Part shown: one piece after another, positions 18,263-28,013 of the stretch
Position numbering within the stretch: the stretch's first letter is position 1
Layout of the letters: the number at the start of each line of letters is the position of its first letter
NCBI GenBank assembly: GCA_037133875.1
Contig: JBAXNG010000005.1
Span: forward strand, 117,486 to 181,485
Direction: 5' to 3'
Length of the DNA stretch: 64,000 bases
Source: Verrucomicrobiota bacterium
GTDB taxonomy: Bacteria > Verrucomicrobiota > Verrucomicrobiia > Chthoniobacterales > Chthoniobacteraceae
Position numbers and translations under genes: made by a program
The notes under the pieces: generated by a model
Database searches by the model: none
Told to the model about the DNA's origin: nothing
The model's input: the letters and a program-made list of their open reading frames with translations, nothing else

Positions 18263-18712
18263 CTAGTTTTGGCTCTGTCTGTTCCCTGACGGAAGTCGGG
18301 AACAGGCATCCGCCACTTTTTCTAGCAGTTCCAGAAAGAGCGCCGCTTCCTTTTGCGGCATTTCTTGGAAAACGGAATCCTGAAGCTCAAGGGCAAGTCC
18401 TTGGGCTTCTTTAAATATTTTTAGACCAGACGCCTCCAACTTCACGCGTTTAGCGCGCCTGTCAGTTTCGTGTGGTGGGCGCGTCACTAGTCCGGCGATT
18501 TCCATTCGTCGCACTGTTGCCGCGATGGTGTTCGGGTCGCTAGCCATGACCTCCGTTAACTCACTTTGTGTGAGCCCTTCCGGGGGGCTTTCCGCCAGCC
18601 ATCGGAGAATGGAGTATTGGTCCGGGGTGATCCCCAGATGAGCTATTTGTTGCCGGAACGCCTGATTGAGAGAGTACCAGGCGCGCCGGAGTAACGGCGG
18701 AAGACGGCGCAT
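18263..18712 (-). CDS. MarR-family transcriptional regulator
   Basis: Winged-helix LGITPDQYSILRWL...LTQSELTEVMASDPNTIAATVRRMEIAGLVTR...DRRAKRVKLE. Confidence 0.85.
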   Translation of the reverse strand: MRRLPPLLRRAWYSLNQAFRQQIAHLGITPDQYSILRWLAESPPEGLTQSELTEVMASDPNTIAATVRRMEIAGLVTRPPHETDRRAKRVKLEASGLKIFKEAQGLALELQDSVFQEMPQKEAALFLELLEKVADACSRLPSGNRQSQN

Positions 18713-18714
18713 TG

Positions 18715-19188
18715 TTAATGCGTTTTAGTCGCCTTGGGCGGCTTGGGAAGGGGGACGTCGTGGTATTCCATCGCCCATTCGCGCATGAATCGGATCCGTG
18801 TCGGACGAATCCGGTAGATGAGAAGCGCGGGGTTGTCTTGTTGTCCCAAGTAGCGTCTTAGGAGAGGGTTGTCTCTCCAGATGATTTCTAAAAGGGCTGG
18901 GTCGGCTAGGATTTCAGCGAGTCCAGTGATTCGGACCTGATCGTGAACGTTGTCCAGATAACAGAGCTCGACCTTGGGGTTCGTGGCAATTTGGTTGGTT
19001 TTGCCGTAACCCCGCAGGTTTGCGACGTAAACGGTGAATCCATCTGTGTAAACAGGAGAGACAGGACGCAGATGGGGCTGGTCGCCATCTGAAGTGGCTA
19101 GCATTGGGAATTTCGCCCGATGCATGACTTCGAGGGCTAGTTGCGGGAGAGTCTCGGGAATGATGGGCTCCGGTGTGGGGGTGTTCAT
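18715..19188 (-). CDS. Pyridoxamine 5'-phosphate oxidase-family (FMN-binding split-barrel) protein
   Basis: MLATSDGDQPHLRPVSPV...VYVANLRGYGKTNQIATNPKVELCYLD. Ends 2 nt upstream of the marR-like start, so the two genes probably form an operon. Confidence 0.7.
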   Translation of the reverse strand: MNTPTPEPIIPETLPQLALEVMHRAKFPMLATSDGDQPHLRPVSPVYTDGFTVYVANLRGYGKTNQIATNPKVELCYLDNVHDQVRITGLAEILADPALLEIIWRDNPLLRRYLGQQDNPALLIYRIRPTRIRFMREWAMEYHDVPLPKPPKATKTH

Positions 19189-19203
19189 ACCTCTAGAAGC
19201 CAG

Positions 19204-19231
19204 AAACCCCCGCCTGGTTGCAAGCGGGGGG
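19204..19231 (-). terminator. Probable intrinsic terminator downstream of lepA
   Basis: The minus strand reads cccccgc-ttgcaaccag-gcggggg followed by tttctggcttct. Confidence 0.5.
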
Positions 19232-19264
19232 AATGAGAACCGACAGAATTCTGCTGAAACGAGA

Positions 19265-21070
19265 TTAGTTGGTCTTGAGAACCTCGATGAAGGCTTCCTG
19301 CGGAATATTCACGCGTCCGATGGCCTTCATGCGTTTCTTTCCTTCCTTCTGTTTTTCTAACAGCTTGCGCTTACGGCTAATATCACCGCCGTAACATTTG
19401 GCCGTCACGTTTTTGCGTTGGGCGGAAACGCTTTCGCGGGCGATAATCTTGCCTCCGATCGCCGCTTGGATCGCCACTTGGAAAAGTTGCGACGGGATCA
19501 CCTCTTTCAGTTTGGCTGCTAAAGCACGACCGCGGCTTTCGGCTTTATCCCGGTGCACGATGCTCGAGAAGGCATCTACGGGCTCGCCGTTTACGAGAAT
19601 GTCGAGTTTCACCAGTTTGGATGGGCGATGATCCGCGTGTTCGTAATCCATTGAGCCGTATCCTCGGGTGATGGATTTGATTTTATCGACGAAGTCTACA
19701 AGGATCTCGTTGAGGGGAATTTCAATAGTGAGCATGACCCGGCGCGTATCGAGCGACTCGGTGTGTTTGACCTCTCCACGCTTCTCCATAATCAACTGCA
19801 TGAGCGGCGAGATGTTCTCGTTCGGGATCATCAGGAAACAGCGGACCATCGGTTCTCGAATCTCCGCAATCACACTCGGGTCCGGCATAAACTCAGGGTT
19901 ATCGACCAGGAGCATTTCACCGTTGGTTTTGAAGATCTGGTAAATCACGGACGGATAAGTCGCGATGATATCCATGTCAAACTCGCGGCGTAGACGTTCC
20001 TGGATGATTTCCATGTGCAGCAGTCCAAGAAAACCACAGCGGAAGCCAAATCCGAGGGCGACTGAGCTTTCGGCCTGAAATACAAAGGCTGCATCGTTGA
20101 GTTGCAGCTTACCCATCGCGGTTTTGAGGTGTTCGAAGTCCGCGGTGTTGATCGGATAAATCCCGCTGAAGACCATCGGCTGTACTTCCTGGAAACCGGG
20201 GAGAGGGGCTTCTGCTGGGATACGCCCGCTAGTAATGGTGTCGCCGACCTTGACCTCGGAACTCGCCTTAATGTTCGCGATGACGTACCCAACGTCGCCG
20301 CATGCGAGTTCTGGCTGTGCGACGAATTTGGGATTGGTTGGGCGGAAAATTCCTACCTCTTTGACTTCGTATTGTTGGTTGGTCGCCATCAAACGAATGG
20401 CGTCACCCGCTTTAATACAGCCGTCCACGACACGTACATACACGACGACTCCACGGTAGGTGTCGAAGGACGAATCGAAAACTAGCGCCCGTAACCGAGC
20501 TTGAGGATCTCCCTGAGGTGCTGGGATTCGAGCGACAACCGCTTCCAGAATATCCTCGATCCCGATTCCAGCTTTGGCGCTGGCCAAGACGGCTTCGTCT
20601 GCTGGGATTGCGATGATTTCCTCAAGTTGTTTACGAACAGCAGGAAGATCGGAGTTTGGAAGGTCGATTTTGTTGATGACCGGAACGAGGGTGAGTCCCT
20701 GTTTTGTTGCGAGGTTTACATTGGCAACAGTCTGGGCTTCGACACCTTGGGCTGCATCTACGACTAGGATGGCGCCTTCGCAAGCGGCAAGAGAGCGGGA
20801 TACTTCGTAGGCGAAGTCCACATGCCCCGGGGTGTCCATCAGGTTGAGTTTATACTCAAGGCCGTCTTTTGCCTTGTAGGTCATCGCTACAGGATGGGAC
20901 TTGATAGTGATGCCGCGTTCGCGCTCAAGATCCATTGCGTCAAGAAGTTGCTCTTGAGATTCACGCTTTTGGATCGTGCCGGTAAACTCCAGCAATCTGT
21001 CGGAAAGGGTAGTTTTTCCGTGGTCGATGTGTGCGATGATGCAGAAGTTACGGGTGCGGGAGTTCGACAT
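19265..21070 (-). CDS. lepA: Translation elongation factor 4
   Basis: ORF 19265-21115, ATG at 21070. [35 protein letters not shown], and a conserved LepA C-terminal domain. Confidence 0.95.
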   Translation of the reverse strand: MSNSRTRNFCIIAHIDHGKTTLSDRLLEFTGTIQKRESQEQLLDAMDLERERGITIKSHPVAMTYKAKDGLEYKLNLMDTPGHVDFAYEVSRSLAACEGAILVVDAAQGVEAQTVANVNLATKQGLTLVPVINKIDLPNSDLPAVRKQLEEIIAIPADEAVLASAKAGIGIEDILEAVVARIPAPQGDPQARLRALVFDSSFDTYRGVVVYVRVVDGCIKAGDAIRLMATNQQYEVKEVGIFRPTNPKFVAQPELACGDVGYVIANIKASSEVKVGDTITSGRIPAEAPLPGFQEVQPMVFSGIYPINTADFEHLKTAMGKLQLNDAAFVFQAESSVALGFGFRCGFLGLLHMEIIQERLRREFDMDIIATYPSVIYQIFKTNGEMLLVDNPEFMPDPSVIAEIREPMVRCFLMIPNENISPLMQLIMEKRGEVKHTESLDTRRVMLTIEIPLNEILVDFVDKIKSITRGYGSMDYEHADHRPSKLVKLDILVNGEPVDAFSSIVHRDKAESRGRALAAKLKEVIPSQLFQVAIQAAIGGKIIARESVSAQRKNVTAKCYGGDISRKRKLLEKQKEGKKRMKAIGRVNIPQEAFIEVLKTN

Positions 21071-21208
21071 AGGAAAGGAGCGGGACACTATGCGGTGGGA
21101 GGGGCAGGGGGTCAACCGGACAGGAAGAATTGAGTGTGGAAACGTGTTTTGAGTGACGAGATGGAGCGAGTGGACGAGGGGACGCTCAGGCGGTAGGATT
21201 GATTGGAT

Positions 21209-22312
21209 ATGGCCGGAGCAATTGCACAGGACGAATCAGTGATAGAGAAGGTGATGGCGGGGGAGCGTATCTCACAAGAAGATGCGGCCCTGCTTTATCG
21301 GTTGCCATTAAACGAGTTGGGAGCGCTTGCGAACCATAGGCGGAATCTCGCCAAACGAGAGGCTTATGAGGGGCGGGGCGAGAAGGTCGTCACTTATATT
21401 GTCGATCGAAATGTGAACTACACCAATGTGTGTAATGTTTACTGTAAGTTCTGTGCGTTCTACCGAACCGAAAAGGATGAAGATCATTACGTTCTGAGTC
21501 TTCAGGAATTAGAGGAGAAACTGGCGGAGTTGGTGTCTATTGGCGGGGTGCAGGTTCTTCTGCAAGGGGGGCATCATCCTAAGCTCGGGATCGGTCATTA
21601 CTTGGAAATGTTATCCTTTATTCGGGAACGGTTCCCTCAGGTGAACGTTCACGGTTTTTCTCCTCCCGAGTTTCATCATTTTTCACAGGTTTTCGGGATG
21701 CCTGTAAAAGAAGTCCTCCGCGAGTTTAAGCAAGCGGGGCTTGGTTCCATTCCCGGCGGTGGTGGAGAGATTTTGGTGGATCGTGTGAGAACGAAGATTT
21801 CGCCGCTCAAAGCGAACAGCGACCAATGGCTTGGCGTGATGGAGGAAGCTCACGGATTGGGCTTAAATTCCAGTGCCACGATGATGTTTGGGCACGTGGA
21901 GACGTTGGAAGAGCGGTTTGAACATCTTCAGAGGCTGCGAGATTTACAGGACCGGACCCGAGGGTTTACGGCATTCATTTGCTGGACATTTCAGTCGGAG
22001 AACACGGTTTTGAAGGCGGAGCCGGTCGGCTCGGCGGAATATCTGCGGATGCAGGCGTTATCGCGAATATTTCTGGATAACATCGAAAATGTCCAAAGCA
22101 GTTGGGTGACTCAGGGGCCGAAAATCGGTCAGATCGCTTTGCAATATGGGGCGAATGATTTTGGGTCAGTAATGATGGAGGAAAACGTGGTTTCGAAGGC
22201 GGGAACTAGTTTCAGACTTCAGGCAGAGGAAATAGAACGTCTCATTCGAGAATGTGGCTACGAGCCGCATCGCAGGAACACGTGGTACGGATTAATGCCT
22301 AGTTTGGCATAG
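21209..22312 (+). CDS. mqnC: Radical SAM menaquinone (futalosine pathway) enzyme, MqnC-like cyclic dehypoxanthinyl futalosine synthase
   Basis: CxxxCxxC cluster motif [32 protein letters not shown]. Discrimination of MqnC from MqnE/CofH is from memory only. Confidence 0.6.
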   Translation: MAGAIAQDESVIEKVMAGERISQEDAALLYRLPLNELGALANHRRNLAKREAYEGRGEKVVTYIVDRNVNYTNVCNVYCKFCAFYRTEKDEDHYVLSLQELEEKLAELVSIGGVQVLLQGGHHPKLGIGHYLEMLSFIRERFPQVNVHGFSPPEFHHFSQVFGMPVKEVLREFKQAGLGSIPGGGGEILVDRVRTKISPLKANSDQWLGVMEEAHGLGLNSSATMMFGHVETLEERFEHLQRLRDLQDRTRGFTAFICWTFQSENTVLKAEPVGSAEYLRMQALSRIFLDNIENVQSSWVTQGPKIGQIALQYGANDFGSVMMEENVVSKAGTSFRLQAEEIERLIRECGYEPHRRNTWYGLMPSLA

Positions 22313-22449
22313 CAAGTGTCGCAGACGTGCAAATAAGACCGAAATAGAAGCATTTAGAGAAATGGTATCTTGACGCTTAGGTATGGCGTCTCTCAGATAC
22401 TCTGCCTTTTATCCCCGAAGTTTTCGGCACCGCCTCATTTTGAAAAGTT

Positions 22450-24765
22450 ATGAAATCTAGCGCTATTATCCCATTTGTTTGCGCAACTGCTATCACAGCA
22501 GCTTTGCCTTCGACTGGTTTTGCCCAGGGCAAAGCTCCCACAGTAAAGTCTATCGAAGTTCAATACGCTGGTTCGGCAGGGGTTAGTAAGGATCGGCTGC
22601 TTGCGAACATGCGTACGCGCGTCGGCCAACCTTATTCAGAAGTGGTCGTCGAGGAGGATATCCGGAATTTGTACGCGACGGGCAACGTCATGAATGTCCG
22701 TATTTATGGAGAGCCGGCCGGTGAGGATGGAGTGAAGGTCATTGTTGTTTTACAGGCCAAGGCGAAGGTGACGGTTGTGGAATTGGCTGGGGTGCAAAAA
22801 TTTAAGGAAAGTCGGATTCGCGAAAAGATTTCGACCAAACCCGGAGATGCCGCAAATGAGTCGTCACTGGAAGCCGACAGACAGGCGATTTTGGAGTATT
22901 ATCGGGGTAAGGGGTTCACGGATGTTTCCGTGAGCTACAAGATGGATACCAACGAAAGGTTGGGAACCGTGCACGTGCGATTTGATGTGAGCGAAGGGGG
23001 CAAGAGCGCGATTAAGGAAGTGCGGTTTGTGGGAAATACGAGTCTCTCTTCGAAAGAGTTGAAGAAGGTCGTGAAGACTCGCCGCTATGGTTTGTTGAGC
23101 CCGATCATGAAGACTGGGCGGGTGGTGCAGGATCAGTTGACTGATGATGTTACGGCTATCCGTGAATATTATCAGAACAAAGGCTATTCGGATGTACAGG
23201 TGCGTCCCGCGGAATTGAGCCGGGATGGAGGCAAGGTGGATGTGGTGTTCACCATCGAAGAAGGGACGCCTTACAAAGTAGGGGCGATTTCGTTTGCTGG
23301 AGCACATTTGTTTCCTGAGGAGAAAATCCAGAGCGTGACCAAGCTCAGAAGTGGCGATGTTTATTCGCCAGCGGCAGTCCAGGCCGATGTGAAAGCGCTG
23401 CAGGATCTCTACGGTGGCAAAGGTTATGTGGATTTTCAGGCTTCGGCGCGGAGTTCTTCGGGCGGAAAGGGCACGACAAACATCAACTATAGCTTGGACG
23501 AAGGATCGCAGGCGTTCGTCGGGCACGTGAATATTTCGGGTAACACACGGACGAAGGACAAGGTGGTGCGTCGTGAGTTGGCGCTCGCGCCGGGTGATTC
23601 CTTTAACACCGTGCGTATGGAGGCGAGTAAACAGCGTCTCAAAGGGTTGAACTATTTCGAGACGGTGGATTTGTATCCTTCGGATACAGGTGCGTCAGAT
23701 GCGCGCGACTTGAATGTTGTTTTGCAGGAGAAGCGGACTGGCTCGTTGAACTTCGGAGCGGGCTTTTCCTCGCTGGATAGTTTGCTCGGATTCGTCGAGG
23801 TGACACAGAGCAATTTTGATCTGTTTAACTGGCCTCATTTCACTGGGGGCGGTCAGAAATTCCGTTCCCGTATTCAGTACGGGGCAAAACGCAAGGACGC
23901 GAGTTTATCGCTGACCGAGCCGTACTTCCTCGATCAGAAGCTATCGCTCGGTGGCGAGGTGTTCTATCACGATGCGTCTTACGTTTCGGATATCTACTCC
24001 GAACAACGCGTCGGATTTGAATTAGTCGCAAGAAAGCCAGTCACAGAATTCGCATTCGCCCGTCTCGGTTATCGAGTCGAACAGATCGGGATTCACGATG
24101 TGGACGCGGGCGCCTCTGCGCTTATCAAGAGTCAGGTGGGGGATAGAGTGAAGAGCCAGATATTTACCGGACTCACTTATGATACCCGTGATAGTCTGTT
24201 CCTCACACGCAAAGGCGGAAAAGTGGATGTTTCTACATTCGTTGCAGGCGGGCCGCTCGGAGGAGACATCCAGAGTTATGGCTGGAATATCGAAGGCTCT
24301 AAATATTTCAAAGTTTTCGGCGACACGATCTTCACACTGAACGGACAAGTTTCGGGGGTCGATGGATGGGGGAATAGCACGGTCGGAATTCCTATCTATG
24401 ACCGGTTGTTTGTGGGGGGATCCAACGATATGCGTGGATTTAAATATCGTCACGTCGGAGGAGTCGGAAAAGTCCGCGATACTAACGGCGAGCCGATCGG
24501 CGGAAAATCGCTGGCTCGGGCGACTTTTGAATACACGGTTCCAGTGATGGATAAAGTGCGTGCTGCCACGTTTTACGACATCGGTTTCGTGAACGAAAAC
24601 GCGTACGATTTCACGACGTCCGGTTATAATGCAGACGTTGGGTTGGGCTTGCGTTTGGAGTTGCCCATCGGGCCTGTGCGTATTGATTACGCGGTTCCGA
24701 CGAAGGTGTACCCGAACGATAGCGCACGCGGTCGCTTTAACTTTAACGTCGGTTACCAGTTTTAG
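22450..24765 (+). CDS. bamA: Outer membrane protein assembly factor BamA (Omp85)
   Basis: Signal peptide, repeated POTRA-like units (e.g. IKEVRFVGNTSLSSKELKKVV) and a C-terminal beta-barrel ending ...RFNFNVGYQF. Confidence 0.9.
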   Translation: MKSSAIIPFVCATAITAALPSTGFAQGKAPTVKSIEVQYAGSAGVSKDRLLANMRTRVGQPYSEVVVEEDIRNLYATGNVMNVRIYGEPAGEDGVKVIVVLQAKAKVTVVELAGVQKFKESRIREKISTKPGDAANESSLEADRQAILEYYRGKGFTDVSVSYKMDTNERLGTVHVRFDVSEGGKSAIKEVRFVGNTSLSSKELKKVVKTRRYGLLSPIMKTGRVVQDQLTDDVTAIREYYQNKGYSDVQVRPAELSRDGGKVDVVFTIEEGTPYKVGAISFAGAHLFPEEKIQSVTKLRSGDVYSPAAVQADVKALQDLYGGKGYVDFQASARSSSGGKGTTNINYSLDEGSQAFVGHVNISGNTRTKDKVVRRELALAPGDSFNTVRMEASKQRLKGLNYFETVDLYPSDTGASDARDLNVVLQEKRTGSLNFGAGFSSLDSLLGFVEVTQSNFDLFNWPHFTGGGQKFRSRIQYGAKRKDASLSLTEPYFLDQKLSLGGEVFYHDASYVSDIYSEQRVGFELVARKPVTEFAFARLGYRVEQIGIHDVDAGASALIKSQVGDRVKSQIFTGLTYDTRDSLFLTRKGGKVDVSTFVAGGPLGGDIQSYGWNIEGSKYFKVFGDTIFTLNGQVSGVDGWGNSTVGIPIYDRLFVGGSNDMRGFKYRHVGGVGKVRDTNGEPIGGKSLARATFEYTVPVMDKVRAATFYDIGFVNENAYDFTTSGYNADVGLGLRLELPIGPVRIDYAVPTKVYPNDSARGRFNFNVGYQF

Positions 24766-24827
24766 TCAGAATGGCGCGGGCTTTTTAGGAGGTCCGCGCC
24801 TATTGTTTGTGTGAGTCAGTGTATCGT

Positions 24828-25412
24828 ATGAAGACGATTCGATTTTTCGGTATTGTTCTTCTGTTGGTCGGGATTTCGACCTCGGGTTTTAGCGCTGGGG
24901 CGCAGCCAAAAATCGCGACTATTGATATGAGTCGTGTGTTCGCTTCGTATCATAAAACGAAGGAAATTGAGGTCAGGCTGAACGAGTCGCGGGAGCAGGC
25001 CAGAAAAGAGCTCGAGGAGCGCGAGTCTTATTTGAACGAAGCTGAATCAAACGTGGAGGCTTTGATAGCGGAGCTCGACCTTAAAGACCTTGGGGAAAAA
25101 GAGCGTGAGATAAAAGCGAAACGGCTTGAGGCAAAGATTCAGGATGTTGAGTCTTTGAAAGCCAGCATCGAGGCTTTTACCCAGAGTCGAGAGCAGCAAA
25201 TCGGGGAGCGTTCGAACAGGCTTCGTTACGAGGTGATGATGGAGATTCGTCCGGTGGTGGAGGAAAAAGTGAAAGCTTATGACTTGGTTTTCGACAGTTC
25301 CGGACACGGTATCGATGAGATCAAATTCGTAATTTTTTCAGTCGATGCGATTGATCTTACGAAGGAAGTGATAGCCGAGCTGGTCAAAATGGCCCCGAAA
25401 CAAAAACCTTAA
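24828..25412 (+). CDS. skp: OmpH/Skp-family periplasmic chaperone
   Basis: ORF 24807-25412, ATG at 24828. Signal peptide, IATIDMSRVFASYHKTKE and a long coiled-coil. Position between bamA and lpxD. Confidence 0.8.
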   Translation: MKTIRFFGIVLLLVGISTSGFSAGAQPKIATIDMSRVFASYHKTKEIEVRLNESREQARKELEERESYLNEAESNVEALIAELDLKDLGEKEREIKAKRLEAKIQDVESLKASIEAFTQSREQQIGERSNRLRYEVMMEIRPVVEEKVKAYDLVFDSSGHGIDEIKFVIFSVDAIDLTKEVIAELVKMAPKQKP

Positions 25413-25416
25413 ATCT

Positions 25417-26457
25417 GTGGCACAAATGATTGGAGTAAAAGAGTTGGCGTCGTTGGTTGGAGGAACCTTGGCGACCGAGCAAATCGAAGATTTGAGTATT
25501 CATGGCGTCGCTTCCATTAGTGAGGCGGGCCCGAATGACATTACGTTTTTGGGGAACCCAAAATATTTGCCCGCTCTGAGATCTTGTCGGGCGGGGGCGG
25601 TTTTGGTGTCGCTCGATTTTTCGGAAAGTGTGACTCCGATTGTGATCCGGGTTGAAAATCCATCAGTCGCGTTCGCTCAATTGGTGGAGCGCTTCACGCC
25701 CGAACCAATTGTGTTTCCACCGGGAATTCATCCATCCGCAGTCATCGGTGCTGATGTGGAGTTGGGCGAGGGTGTGTGTGTACAAGCGAATGTGGTCATC
25801 GAGCCCGGGGTGAAAATTGGCGCAGGTAGTGTCATCGGAGCTTTGTCGTATGTCGGTCATGGCGCTCGGATTGGCGCGGGCACTTTGCTTCATTCCAGGG
25901 TTACCGTTGGGGAGCGTTGCGTAGTTGGGGATCGTGTGATTTTACACAGCGGCGTTGTGCTGGGCAGTGACGGCTTTGGGTTCGAATTGGTAGCCGGGAG
26001 ACATTCGAAGATTCGTCAGGTTGGAATTGTTCAGGTTGATGACGATGTGGAGATCGGCGCGAACACCACGATTGATCGAGCTCGCTTTGGGCGCACCTGG
26101 ATTCAGGAAGGCACAAAAATCGATAACCTTGTTCAAATCGCGCATAACGTCGTAATTGGAAAACACTGTTTGATTGTGGCGCAGGTTGGGATTGCGGGCA
26201 GTGTCCGGCTGGGAAATTACGTGACACTTGCGGGACAGGTTGGAGTTGCTGGCCACTTGGAGGTTGGCGATGGTGTTGTCGTGAGTGCGCAATCGGGCAT
26301 TTCAAAGAACACACCGACCGCGGGTCTTTATATGGGAACGCCCATGGTCCCCGCGGCAGAGTATCGGGATCAGGTGGTTTATGTGCGCCGTCTTCCAAAA
26401 CTGATCGCGCGAGTGGAAGCGTTGGAAAAAAAACAAGCCTCGCCGGAGTCACTTTAA
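25417..26457 (+). CDS. lpxD: UDP-3-O-acylglucosamine N-acyltransferase
   Basis: N-terminal LpxD domain (DITFLGNPKYL), then left-handed beta-helix hexapeptide repeats, then VGIVQVDDDVEIGANTTIDR. Confidence 0.9.
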   Translation: MAQMIGVKELASLVGGTLATEQIEDLSIHGVASISEAGPNDITFLGNPKYLPALRSCRAGAVLVSLDFSESVTPIVIRVENPSVAFAQLVERFTPEPIVFPPGIHPSAVIGADVELGEGVCVQANVVIEPGVKIGAGSVIGALSYVGHGARIGAGTLLHSRVTVGERCVVGDRVILHSGVVLGSDGFGFELVAGRHSKIRQVGIVQVDDDVEIGANTTIDRARFGRTWIQEGTKIDNLVQIAHNVVIGKHCLIVAQVGIAGSVRLGNYVTLAGQVGVAGHLEVGDGVVVSAQSGISKNTPTAGLYMGTPMVPAAEYRDQVVYVRRLPKLIARVEALEKKQASPESL

Positions 26458-26525
26458 CTCTCGGTCGAGGCCGGTTCGGCTAAGGCGCGAGTATACTCGC
26501 TGCTGTGCCTTTGAATGTGGGGCTG

Positions 26526-28004
26526 CTACTCCAGTCGGCTTAAAGCCGGCAGCCTGTAATTACGCTGCAATAAGGGAGCGATTTCTTCCACCGATTTTGC
26601 ATCGAGAAAGATTTGATGCGGGTCGCCGGCTAGTTCAATGGAGTGTACGCCATCCCGTACTTGCTTCAGGGCTGTAGGAACGTCCTGTAGGCTCTTGAGT
26701 GATACTCCGTTAATTGCGCGGACTACCTGATGGCGGAGTTCTTCGTAACCGATCGTGACATCCGATGGCAGCACGCGGCTCATGAAAACCACGCGTGTTT
26801 GGTCTTCTGATTGGAGTTCGGATTGGGTGCGATCGATATTCAAAAGCTCGGGCGGCGCTTTGTGTGTCCAGTCGTTACCGAATTCCTTTAGGTAGGTGCG
26901 TGAGAGTTCCTGTAGAACCAAACCTCCAAGTACGAAGTAACGCGGGGCAGAATCGAAAACGTACGGTGGACTTAGAAAAGTCTCAGGATGACGTCTGGCG
27001 ACGTGGATGGTTTTCTGTAGCGGTTTCCCTTCGCGGATAATTTTGATGGGGATGCCTTCACCTTCGAAGTGTTTGGTCGTTACCAAATGGCCCAATGAGA
27101 TGCGTCCGTAATCGGAGTCCTGATAGTTGCCATCGGCATCGATGGGTGTGCCATCGATTTCAACGATCACGTCGCCCTTTTGTATTTCAGCCGAGTTTGC
27201 TGGTCCTTTGGGCAAAGTTTGAGTCACGAGGACTCCTCCTTTAGTCCCGTCCAAGCCGAGGTAATGGCGTAGTTGCGGATCGCGAGTTGGCGAAAAGGAG
27301 AGGCCCATACGAGGGAACCCTTCGTATGGTTTACGGGCTGTGTCTTTCAGAAAGTGTTCGACGACGGGAGCAGGGATGAGGTCCAGAAGGTTTGAGGAGG
27401 CCTCGTAGCGCAGCATGAGGCCAGCGAGTTTACCGTCGTGAATGACTGGCAACGTCGCGGACGCATCTCGCATTTGAAGCGGAACGCTGACCCTATAGAC
27501 TAGGAAGGCGGATTCGTCGATAGGGTAGCGAGTGACCTCAGCGGTGGTCATTTGGCCCTTCGAGATCATCAGATTGCCATTCGCTTCGAGTTGCCAGACT
27601 GAAAGCGTGTCACCGATACGAGCAGGCGCGATGGCAAGACCTGGCATGCCTTGTAAGAAATCGGAGCCGTCGGTTTTTAGAAGTGCGAGATTCGCTTCGT
27701 AATCCACCGATTCCACGGAGGCTGCCTGTTTGCGTTCGCCGTCGGCGCTTTCTAGTTCGATGTACGTTGCGTTAGCGACACATTCCGCAGTGACGATTAC
27801 TCGTTGACCCTGCAGTACGGCGCCCAAGGCACGTTTCGAAACGGGCGCGCGTTTAGACCAAGGACGGGAGAAGTCGTAAGCCTGAGATGTGACGTTCACT
27901 CGAACGACGTTTGGTTGGGGCGGCGGTGTGGCTGGAGCCGCAAGAGTTAAGTGATGGGATGCAGCTGTGAAGCAGAGGACAGCCGCGAAATAGGTGAGTC
28001 GCAT
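26526..28004 (-). CDS. Deg/HtrA-like protein with PDZ region; catalytic triad replaced (probable pseudo-protease)
   Basis: 492 aa with a signal peptide. Alignable along its length with the adjacent 28014-29492 protein. However, TNAHVV becomes TAECVA, DCDLAILK becomes EANLALLK, and GNSGGPV becomes ASATLPV. Confidence 0.75.
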   Translation of the reverse strand: MRLTYFAAVLCFTAASHHLTLAAPATPPPQPNVVRVNVTSQAYDFSRPWSKRAPVSKRALGAVLQGQRVIVTAECVANATYIELESADGERKQAASVESVDYEANLALLKTDGSDFLQGMPGLAIAPARIGDTLSVWQLEANGNLMISKGQMTTAEVTRYPIDESAFLVYRVSVPLQMRDASATLPVIHDGKLAGLMLRYEASSNLLDLIPAPVVEHFLKDTARKPYEGFPRMGLSFSPTRDPQLRHYLGLDGTKGGVLVTQTLPKGPANSAEIQKGDVIVEIDGTPIDADGNYQDSDYGRISLGHLVTTKHFEGEGIPIKIIREGKPLQKTIHVARRHPETFLSPPYVFDSAPRYFVLGGLVLQELSRTYLKEFGNDWTHKAPPELLNIDRTQSELQSEDQTRVVFMSRVLPSDVTIGYEELRHQVVRAINGVSLKSLQDVPTALKQVRDGVHSIELAGDPHQIFLDAKSVEEIAPLLQRNYRLPALSRLE

Positions 28005-28013
28005 AATCGGAAA

